From contig CM082583.2 of NCBI GenBank assembly GCA_040954595.2, positions 1,560,925 through 1,624,924 of the forward strand: 64,000 nucleotides of DNA. Direction: 5' to 3'. Shown here one piece after another: positions 11,856 to 23,000 of the stretch (positions within the stretch are counted from its first letter, which is position 1; each line of letters opens with the position of its first letter). Below the pieces are notes generated by a model that did no database searches, was not told the DNA's origin, and saw nothing but the letters and a program-made list of their open reading frames with translations. Source of the stretch: Balanoglossus misakiensis. Its lineage: Eukaryota > Animalia > Hemichordata. The position numbers and the translations under genes are program-made.

Positions 11856-13042
11856 CCTATCTAACACACAACACACACTGTGTATATTTAATTCCACAAT
11901 GCTTGATACTAAAACTGTCCACAAAAAAACATTTGTTTATAACCCCTAAGTGCTTGTCTTCCACACTTACCTTCTCTTGGCATTTATTTCCACAGATGAT
12001 GCAATACTGCTCGTCTCTTCATCCTGGTCTCTTGCGCTCCCCTTTTTACTCTCCCTGAATGCTGACAACACGTACCGTCTCATTGTTCAGTGGATATGCC
12101 TTGCTGTCATCTGCATCTGCTCCCTCAGTACCCCCTTCTCCCTGGCACAATCATCCAAATACTATCGCAGAGGGCGCTATACTATATGACGATCAACACA
12201 ATATCATTCAGATAATCTTTGCACAGTGGGTAAATTAAGCATTTGGTTTTTCACGAGACTTTCATCAGTTGTACTAAAATGAAATGTGTCTACACTATAC
12301 AAATGACAATGGCCTTCTAATTCAGAGACGTTGGGAAGGACTAGTGAGCACATACAGCAAATCAGAAGGCCCAAAATGGCAAAGTTGCATGATTACTAAT
12401 GGGAAACAAAGAATACACAGGGTATATTTAATTCCACAGAGTGCTTGATACTAAAATTATTGCTGTTTTACAATTGTGGCATTTACTGCTGATAATAAGG
12501 TTACCATAGATACAATTGGAATGGAACCGGACAGGGATAAACATATAAAGGCTAGGTTAACCCCCCACCCCCTACCACAGAGGGCGCTATACCGATCATC
12601 AAGTCAGTACCATTGAAATAAATCTGTGCAGAGTGGGTAAATTAGGCATTTGGTTCTTCAGATTTTCATAAGTTGCACTAAAATGCTATGTGGCCCACTA
12701 CAAGGACAAATAAGTCAAAAATGGCAAATTTGATATTTACTTTGAGGTTGACATGGGGCAAAGGAGACAATACAAGAACACTGAAACTCAATTAGTGAAA
12801 CACTAAAGTTGTACATGTACTTTATTTCTCTAACAAACTTAGAGAAAATTTACATGGCCATCTTTTTACTCAGAGAACTGATGTTGAAAAGAAAACAATG
12901 TTACATCATAAAATTGAAATCCTACATGTCACTAATTTCTGATTTTCACAAATGTTCATAAAAAAAACCTGTTCTCTGCAAACCTTACCCCCCCCCCTCC
13001 TATTGTCGGTGCTTCTAATGTAACTCTCAATTTTTCCCTAAG

Positions 13043-13367
13043 GTGTTAAAAGAACCAAATGGTGATGATATGGTAGAAGGGATATTTGAGGGAATAGACA
13101 TAGATGAGTAAGTATTAACTGCAGTACTTGCTTCCACCAATTTCCTATCATTTTGTGTACATGTTCACGTCTATGTGTCTTACCAATCACATTCTGTCCT
13201 TCTTATTTTTTTCTAGAAGTGGCATCTTCTGTGTCAGACGGCAAATACTTACAGTGTCCCACCTTATGCCAGACCTTGGGTACAGAGGAGGCCATATTAG
13301 AAAACCTGCCAATGCATGTACACTACTCTATCAATCAAGAAATGCAACAGTCACAAAGATTGAGTAA
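13043..13367 (+). pseudogene. Two exon-like remnants of an unknown gene (possibly the C-terminus of the OB-fold family seen at 14202)
   Basis: AG/GT-bounded 13043-13107 (VLKEPNGDDMVEGIFEGIDIDE) is in phase with the exon from 13217. That exon needs frameshifts to read DGKYLQC...EEAILENLPMHVHY...ATVTKIE. Confidence 0.35.
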
Positions 13368-14201
13368 GTTAACTAAACCAAAGCAATCTCCACCCTGCAA
13401 CTTCCCCAGCACTTACTATCTGCATGCAAGTTGTGAACTTTTAATTTAGTATTCATTACAGAAACATTTCAGTCCTACAATTCACATGCATCTTATTTTC
13501 GTCAACACCAACTTATACAAAATATGATTTAACCATCTTGTTCTCATTTCTCTCCAATGTACAGAAAGCAGTAGCCTGGATGGATTTACAGAGAGAGAGG
13601 CTAGTACACGGCACTCATGTGGACATGCACTACCACATATCATATCTCAACGGGACTTCGGTTGTCGCTGTAGTATTTAACCCAAGTTTAACTGTGACAC
13701 CCACGTCCATACATGGCAAGGTTTTCTCTCCCAAAAGTTTCAGTTTGGCATCCCAGTTACCATCAGTTGCGCTTTCTCCATGCCTTCTAAGTTGAATGCG
13801 ATTTACCATCACCGGATTCATACTGTGGTGCAAAGACAATTAAAAACATCGATTGTAAGTCATTTAGTAGTGATACCATTGTTACCAAACCTCGTTTTAA
13901 AATACATGTAATCTGTACTCGAAACTATCATTTTTTCTTTCTTTCTAGAATATGACTTGTGAGCGAGTGCCGCGTTTAAATTGATACTGAGAATAAACAC
14001 CGCTAATCGACGATAAAATCAACGTATTTTCAAATGCAAGTGAACGCATGGAGGCGGCCATATTGAATTTAGGTTACATCCCAAGACATTCCGACTGGGC
14101 TTCAGGTGGATTCGGGAAAGGTCTCTAAAACATAATCGGTCATCCAGTTTTGTATACTAAATTTCTAAAAATGTAGGACATGGGAGGTTAACATACCCAC
14201 A

Positions 14202-14582
14202 ATGACTACACACAAAAAAGGGCCCAGGCGTTTCGGGGTGCGATTGTTACGTACCTTAGCTCCATCATCTGCAACCAGCCAAGGCATGGCTGTGAAATTG
14301 CGCGTCATGGAGGATGTCGAGATCCGGAATTCCGCCAACGGGAAACTGTTTAGCGTGCCTTGTATGCAGCACGATGGCAACGTTCTGGAACTTAAATTCT
14401 GGAAAGAAAATCCGAAGTGGCTGAACAGATTACAGAAGGGAGAATACGTACAGCTCCGCAACTTTTCCACTGGAAGAGATAATACCATTTGCCTCTATGA
14501 TAGAGCAAAGGCCGGGGATGCCATTACGCCGTTAAACCTGAAATATAGATTGAGAGTGGATATTGTTTTACACAATTTTTGA
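14202..14582 (+). pseudogene. RPA-like OB-fold ssDNA-binding domain ORF fragment
   Basis: VKLRVMEDVEIRNSANGKLFSVPCMQHDGNVLELKFWKE...LQKGEYVQLRNF matches the RPA1-type OB pattern by eye (GKLFS, G-x-[IL]-x3-FW-x-E, L-x2-G-x-Y-x2-L-x-NF). Confidence 0.5.
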
Positions 14583-14929
14583 ACATTGAAGTAAAGTATT
14601 AGAATGATGGAGTCCGATAGAAAAAGTGAGTTGGTAATTTCGGCATCCGACTTCGTTATTAAAATGGAAAGATTTGCGATTTGAGATTCGGTTACCATTT
14701 GGAAGTTTGAAAGGAAATATTTCATTCAAGTACAGTGGCAACTACTGGATTATGGAGAATATTTGAAATGTTGATGAACGGAGACCTATTAGAATCAATG
14801 AAAACCTACCTTTATTGGTGTTACGGTTACTACACCTGACAGACCGCTGGTCTGCGTCCGACCGATTTTGAGCTCCTAGCTCTTGTGGAGACATGCGGAG
14901 GTACAGCGGGTTTATTGTTTTTTTGTAAA

Positions 14930-16846
14930 ACCATAGTTAAACTCCAAAAATCTTCTTCTCCAGAACGAGCGATGACTGAGTCGCAAGATTCGGGGAGTAT
15001 GGTCACTACACTGATGTCTATCAAGTTTGCAAAGAGCATTGTGATTGGTCGAAGATTATGGCGGCCATATTGGATTTTGTAAAAAACAGAGAAAAATTGA
15101 AATTCCTTTTTCTAGTCCAAAAATTGATAGCATACAAATTCTTTTTATGGATATCAATCGTCATGTGACTAAAATATATAACAATTTTTTGGCGATTTTT
15201 CACATGACCTTTGACCTAATTATCACGCGTTATTATTTCTGCATATCTAATTCCAGGCTAACCTATAGGGCTAGAGGTTTGGTTTTTGATGAATGTGGAT
15301 TAGTGTGTGATCAAAATATTTTGCTACTTTTCATGACCCCTTTGACCTCTGCTGACCTCATTAATTATGCACATACCTAATTACAGGCGAACCAATAGAG
15401 CTAGAGTTTTGGTTTTTGTTGGACATGGACCAGTATGGGTAAAAAAAAATTGCCCAAATGTTGGGTGACCTCAGGTGACCTTTGACCTACTTCACCCTAT
15501 TTCAGCAGCAAAAATACACACATCCTTGTTATGTCATGAGATAATACATCCGATAGAAAATTCTGTTTCTTCTCATTCATACTGTGCATATATAATTCAA
15601 GATCAGCGCTTGGGCCCAACAATGCTGCTCGCAGCTTTAATTCTTCTTCTTCTTCTTCTTCTTCCGAGAAATTCGGCCAGGTAGATCTGGAAAACCGCTG
15701 CACCTTGGGGGCTGAAACTTGGTAGGGTGATAGGGGCCAATGAGTAGACGTGCAGTGGCTCATGAATATTTAATTAGTCACGTGACCCGGCGGCCATATT
15801 GCATTTCCTGACAATCGTTAAACGAGTCCTTCTCAAAAACTACTGGGCCGATCGAGTTCAAATTTGGTGTGCAGGTAGCCTACCTTCTGTCCATCATTTT
15901 ACCCCATTGAAATCATGACGTCACACATAAAGTTTTTTTGCTACAATTGTTTTTCTGAAAAACTACTTAAAACTTTAAAAATCTTCTTCTCCAGAACCAG
16001 CGATTGCCGAGTCACAGGATTCGGGGTATGTGGTCACCTAACCTATGTTTTTCAAGTTTGCGAAGCGCACTGTGATTGGTCGATCATTATGGCGGCCATG
16101 TTGGATTTTCGGAAAACCATTGAAAAATGAAAATTCTGTTTTGTAGCCAAAATGTTGACAGCACGTAAATTCTTTTTTTGGATATGAGTCATCATATGAC
16201 CGGAAGTTGTTACAATTTTTCGGGGCAATTTTGACATGACCTTTGACCCAGTTTTAAAACAACTAATTATATATGCATATCCCCATACCTCCTCTTGTAA
16301 AAGCACCACAGTCATGAATTTTGTGGACATGGGTACCAATGCTGCCAGGACATGCCACAACTATTTTGGTAATTTTGGCAATGACCCTTGACCTATTTCT
16401 GAAACATCATTTTTCTGCATATCTAATTCCAGGCTAACCAATAGGTCTGGTTTTAGTTGGACATGGCCCACTCTAGGGTCAAAATTTTATGCCCAAATTT
16501 TGGGTGACCTTGGATGACCTTTGATCTAATTTCCCATATCTCAGCATCCACAGCAGTTAGAGTCCTGGCTTTTGGAGGGCCGATGGAGCAGATATGGAGT
16601 CTTACACAAGACCTCATTAATTATGCGCATACCTAATTCTAGGCGAACCAATAGAGCTAGGTGTTTGGTTTTTGTTGGACCTAGACTAGTATGGGGTCCG
16701 ATTTTTTTGCCCAAATTTGGGGTGACCTCAGGTGACCTTTGACCTACTTTCCAATATCTTGGTATCCACAGCAGATACAGCCTTGGCATTTGCTTGTTAC
16801 CATGGGAACCGCTTGTGCCCCGCCAACGCTGCTTGCAACTTTAATT
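14930..16846 (+). mobile_element. Tandem head-to-tail copies of a non-autonomous Helentron/HINE(DINE-1)-like repeat
   Basis: Two homologous units (aaaatcttcttctccagaac at ~14947 and ~15978). Both end in gcttg(g/t)gccc...gctgct(c/t)gca(g/a)ctttaatt (15608-15642, 16811-16846), with a (CTT)n run at the junction. The internal repeats recur at 5320-5770 and 40785-41987. Confidence 0.5.
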
Positions 16847-17083
16847 GTATTTTGCATTTTCTCACGGTGGCGACCATATTCCTTTGCGGCGAAGATTTAT
16901 TATTTGTCTGGTTTAAACTTGCATATGCACTCATACTTAGGGTTCATAATACTTGTACATAGTTCAGTGCATACTTCTGTATGGGCTAAAGGTGGTGCAG
17001 TTTGAAAAAAGTGTGATAATTTCCCAAAAGTACCAGCTGATGCACCGATTTATGTCTAATCTCTGTTTTGAATTTCTTGGCAG

Positions 17084-20000
17084 CTTAACCCAAGTTGATA
17101 GTACCCTTCTTGTCCTGGACAGAAGTCTATCTGTCAGTACAAATGGTGTAACCGTATCAGTAGATGACAACTCGTGGCATAATGTTGTCATGGTAATTGA
17201 AGAAGGCATTGTGGCAGTTTACTTGAATGGTGTTGCAGTAACATCACCCCTTCCATCCTGGACAGGTATCGCTGACTCAGAAAAGTAAGTTGCTAGTGGA
17301 ACTCCGAACATTTTTAACTCCTACAAAGCCATAGAAAATTGTCATCATCACATGTTAAAATTCTATATTTTCCTATACTGTCAAGTTTTCCCAAGCCTCA
17401 AGAGAAGTGAACCATTTATTTGTGAAGCAGTTATCTTGTTTATAACTTATCTGCTAGGTAGCTTGTCTTACTCCTACATGACAATACAATATCATCATAA
17501 CATGTTGCGACTTACAACAAAACTGGCCAAAAAAATCAAGGGAGCAAACTATGGACATCAGCAAAGCTATCTTCGTGGCACTTTCAAATTCAAACTTATG
17601 CGGAACGATACTGATTTTCACAGTTTATTTTTGACAACTTCTTACCAGCACTTTTAATGAATTCATTATTCTCTTGTTTTTCAACAGCTGTATGGTAATT
17701 CTTGGTCAAAGCTATGACGAAAATGGACTCCTTGACAACTATTTTAGCTTCCATGGTGATGTTACACAGATGAATGTATACGATTATGTATTGACTCCTG
17801 TTGAAATCCAGAGTCTGGCTTTGAACTGTTCACAAAGTCCACTTGGCAATCATGTCATGTGGGTTGAAATGGATCAAGAGTTATTGGGTAGTGTGGTCAA
17901 AATCCAGCCATCAGCTTGTGGAAGTACCAGGTGCCCAATTGGTTACTCTGGTTCACCATGCACACCTGTTGGTAAATAGCCTTATTCATTACTATCAAAC
18001 AATTTTATGCATAATCTGACGAGGAGAAATTGGGTCATATTCACAGAGTTGATTAATCCTAAATCCTTACTTTAACACAGCTCTCCTTGTAATGTTGTGT
18101 CTGTCCAGGGAAAACTGTGTGAAATTTTGAGTAGTTTTTCCTGTGTACATTCACCAGCCCCTAGCTGCTGTGTGTTGTACTCCAATCACACAGCCTGCAA
18201 TCTCCCTACTTTAGGAAGTATAGGGAATCATCATCTGCCCATGCCTGTATCGCTCACTCTTTTTGTTTCTACCGTACATGTATTTAACACTGAATGTAAT
18301 GATACTATTCACAACCACCATCACCATCATCATCATCATAATCATCATCACCACCACCACCACCACCATCATCATCATCATCGTCATCATCATCACCATC
18401 ATCATCATCAGTTTCTGCTGTTCCAAGAACTAGGCTTATCATGAGTGTAATTGATCATATCAGTTATTATGCCTATGGATACCATCTCATGACTCCTGTC
18501 CTATCTTGTAGTGTTTCTTGACAGTGATCTAGTCTATTCACATGTATCAGAAAACAAGCACTTAACAATATCTGGATTTCTCATGAATATGTGACAGATA
18601 TTAACATCTAGTAGTGCATTTACCTAAATGTACCAGTGTATGCATAGGGGGTGTGGACCAGTTGTTTAATTTACAAACATTTGTTATTCTTTCATTTTTT
18701 TTTTCTTCAGATAAACACGCTCCTGAAGTCATTTACTGTCCCAATACGACCCGTATAATTAGTCCTAATAGCTTGACAACAGGAGTATGGCAGGAGCCTA
18801 TATTTACAGATGATGTCGCCATTGCCAATGTGACACAAACCTACACAATGGGTAAATTTCCTATAAAATATCATTTCTGATTATAGATAATATATAACAT
18901 TCACACTAACTAAGTTTTTTTTTATCGGGGTGGGGTGGGGAGTTGATCTAAACAGAAACCAACAAGCTGAGACAACTTTCCTAAGATTATGGTCAGTATG
19001 AAGCATACTGGTACAGTTTATTCTTGTGGCCGTTACTCATATATGGCTAGCACATCCTATGTGCGACAGATGATCTTGCTTCCAAGTATTAAAGCCTCAA
19101 TTGCTGATACTATTACCATATGTTTATAGGCCCTTTCCTCGATCCCAGGGCAGTACAATGAAGTTAAAACTCGAAAGCATTTGTGTTTGCACGTAATTGT
19201 TTATTGGAAACAAAAGATTTGACCAACTGTTGAGCAAGGCCTTTAATCAGTAAAGTACTTAATATTCTCCACTACTACTGGGGATACCCATACCACAAAT
19301 GTTGTGTTCTCTTACAATGGGCAGTTGAATAAACGTGTGCGGCACCATATCTGTTTAGTATACATATCTTGTTCATGTTTATATGTACAGTCACAATCAG
19401 GAGTTGATAATATGCCTGTGTATACCCACCAGATAGCTCACTTAAATGGACCATTCTAAGTTTGAAAAGAAAATCATGAAAGACATTCAAGAAACGGAAG
19501 CTATTTTGGCTTTAGCACCCATGCCTGTAATGATGTGCATAATTTTGTTCTTACAGGTGACACCTTTTCCTGGGGAACCTACCAGATCAGCTATGTTGCT
19601 TCAGATACAGCTGGCAACAATGCACAGTGCAACTTTTTACTCTATGTACTGCGTGAGTGAATTTTTTTATCATTCATACATAAACTTTACAAATTAATTA
19701 ATATCTTGACAAATTGTCATCTCTACCCCTTGTTATGTCTTGTCACATACTGTAAAACGGGACATTTTCGTGACAGAAAATATTTTGCAATATATCAAAA
19801 GAGGCAACTGTGACACGAGAATTAAATTTCCGCATTCTAGTATTTTACTAACTACTCTGTTATCGCTGAAAAACATTTTATGCGACTTTATTTTCTTCTT
19901 CTTTTTTGCCGAAGTTTGGGAAAATTTGCCGTTTTACAGTAATATGATTGCATCATTATCACTTTTGTCCCTATGTAACTATCAAAAATTATAACAACAT

Positions 20001-23000
20001 CATTCAGAACATACAAGGACACTCAAACCCGTCTAAAACAAACCCTGTCTAATCGGGAAACCTCTCTTCAACCAACAGCTTTTCCTAGTCCCTTTTACAT
20101 AGAAACATGTTAATGTGTTGGTGTTCTGTTTAAAAGATTTGACTGTGTAATAAATATGGGTGTCACACATACACCATTAAGACAGTTCTGAAGCATCTCA
20201 GAATTGATACTGTCTTAAAAAAACATGTGTGGACGGTGTAAGTGGTCCTGAAACGTCTCAGATTTTAGACGGCTCTGCCAGCCAGACCTGAGCCGGTGTA
20301 AGGATTAACACCTCTCCGCAACCCATTGTCTATGGGGCCGAGCCTCAGCGCCCATACATAAACTTTGTGTGTGTGGACACAACATGACTCAAAGGATTAA
20401 TGCTCTGTGGTTAGCACTGGCAAATAGTGTCTCAAATTTTACCCTGTGTGAACCTGGTAAAAGAGGCATTGTGCCCTAGTGGCTAGGGTTGTGGGTTCGT
20501 TACCTAGACCTGGACATTTGGGTAGTATTTGCCTGTTGGATGATATATGAGACACAGACATTTGGGTAGTATTTGCCTGTTGGATGATAGATGAAATAAA
20601 ATTAAAAATATATATATAGACAAATAAACTGTGTTCTCCTTTCTTTTACATCATTTGATTGTGAAAAGCCAGCACCACCAGTTAAAGGTATTTCCATCTG
20701 TAATGAGTTTGAGTCGGGTGTGTTGTGTCAGGTGGATTGTTTACCAGGATACAAGTTTGCAAGCCTGCCAGCACCTTACTATCTCTGCCATAGTGAAGGA
20801 TCTTTTAATCCTGAGAATCCAGACGAGGAATTCACCTTCCCTGGATGTTCAGGTGAGAAAAAAATGATTTGGTATCAGTAAAGAAATATAATCAGGTTGC
20901 ACATGCACATTCAGAAAATTCTCCAAAGAGAGAGAGTTGTGAGAGGGGGTATTCCAGCATTGAGACAATTTTCTTTTAGTTATAAATGAAAAGAGAAATA
21001 TGAGTAATGCAAATTCTTGCTTTACAGTATGTCAAGGTTGTGATTACAGGTAGATAATTTGTTAACATCATATCTGCTTACCCCAATATAAAGCTCCAGT
21101 ACATTTGAGCTATTTTCTTAATATTTTGTTCTGGGTAAGCAGCTGTAACTTTCCTGATTGGCTAAGCGGTTTCGCAGTCTATTAAGTCAATACATCGTTC
21201 GCTAGATTGAAAATTGCATCTTTAACAAAATTTGTTTGTTTGTATTGTTCTACTGCAGCTCCTGGGAAGACTCAACGTGGAGTGAATTGTGGCGTGTCAT
21301 ACAATTCACAGGCTGGTACATGTAACAATGGTGTCATCCAGCAATTGAGGATCAGTTTTATGAACACTATCAACTATCTGAATGATTTGTTTGGTATTTG
21401 TGGCGGTGAATGCAACTTTGATGACCTTGAAATAACCTGCGGCGCCTCAAACCGAAGAAAGAGACAGGCTGATACTCAGCTTGTGGTTCAGTTCAGTTTC
21501 ACAACCAATGCGTGAGTAGTAATTGTTATTTTTCGAGTATTTTATTCCCCTTCTGTTCTATTGAAATGACTTTGGTGACATGTCTAGGGTACTGATCCCA
21601 GGCTGTGTGAGGATCAGCTCTGTATTCCCTATACAGCTGGTGTTTGCATTATTGCAAAATATTCCATTCATGCAAGTGAAAACAAATTATTTTGTGTCTT
21701 AACACTCAAACATTTTCAGTTTTTGGCAACCCCATCATTTCTGCCCACCTTCCTTCATGTTGCGGCATCCTGTATTCTAAAGATTAATGCATTCGAAATA
21801 TACTGCAAAACGTGTTATTTTCGCGAGCAGTAAATTTCTGCAAAACATGCGCTGGTCAAAAAAACGTTAAAATAAAAAGTTATGTAAAATGTTTTTGGAG
21901 ATAATGATGCAGTTAGTGAAATACGAGAACTCGAAAATTCGTCCTCACGTAACAGTCGCCTCTTTTAATATCGCGAAAATTTCCTGTCGTGAAAACAACT
22001 CAGTTTACAGTACACACTTCTGGTTGGTATTGTAATGTGGCATATGTAAGAATTTTTTGCCTGTTGTTTTATCCATTAGCTCTGCTGATGCTGCAGCTGT
22101 AGTTATTGAAGATGCAGTCAAGAATGGTCCTTTTGATACAGCTGAATATTCGGTCGACGCTGAGACATTACAAGTTGAAAGTACAATATTCTGTTCCAAT
22201 GGTAGTGTTCTTGTTGGAGAAGAGTGTGGTGAGTGCCTATACTCCTCAGTTGTTATGTACTTTAACCCTTTCACTCCCAGTTTCCTCTATAGAGGTCAAA
22301 CCTTACCATAGAAAACAATTGGTTTGGACTGAACCATGGTGGTGAAAGGATTAAAACTGTGTCCAAAATTAATATTATAAAAAGGTGTAGATGTTAATAT
22401 GTTTATATCGCCTGATATGACCTGTTAGGTGGGCCGTATTGCTGCGAGTGTGGTTGTGAGTCGCAGTGTACAAATTAAAGACAAGTGTGAGTGGTAAATA
22501 CAACCCAACCAAGAGGTGATATAAGGAAATAATTGATTTGATATGCTCATACCAAGGAGGGACAAAGTCTCTTTCTCGCTGCCCGTTTTCCATTAATTAT
22601 GTTTGATAGAAGACACAGTTAATGTTATTCTACATGTGGATATATAGTGAATCAACATTCAACCCCACACAACTGCAATCCCACTTGTAGACACAAGAGT
22701 GAAAAACTGGCCAAAATGAATGCTGTGTGTTACAATTGTAGTTGTGTTTTAAACCATTAATGCATAATGATCAGTACATGAACAATGTATACATCTGCCT
22801 TCAACATTTTGTATTTCCACAGTATTGTGTCCTGAAGGGTCGTACCATGACACTGAGCTGAGTCAGTGCCATCCTTGTGCAATTGGATATTATCAACCCC
22901 TTGAAGGACAAACAGCATGCAATGCCTGTCCAAATAATGGAGTCACCAGGGGAAAGAGATCATTATCCATCTTGCAGTGTTTTGGTATGTATAACAGAAG

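Noticed and set aside
11425-12058. MYVC/HTYI-repeat ORFs
   Set aside because: Translations of the (TATG)n microsatellite; the same applies to 44767-45030.
16940-17005. Extra LamG exon (SVHTSVWAK) upstream of 17084
   Set aside because: The candidate donor gives phase 1, but the next exon needs phase 2, and a stop follows. The resemblance is too short to support.
18097-18444. Poly-histidine protein ORF
   Set aside because: Intronic (CAT/CAC)n repeat. The flanking exons splice in phase without it.
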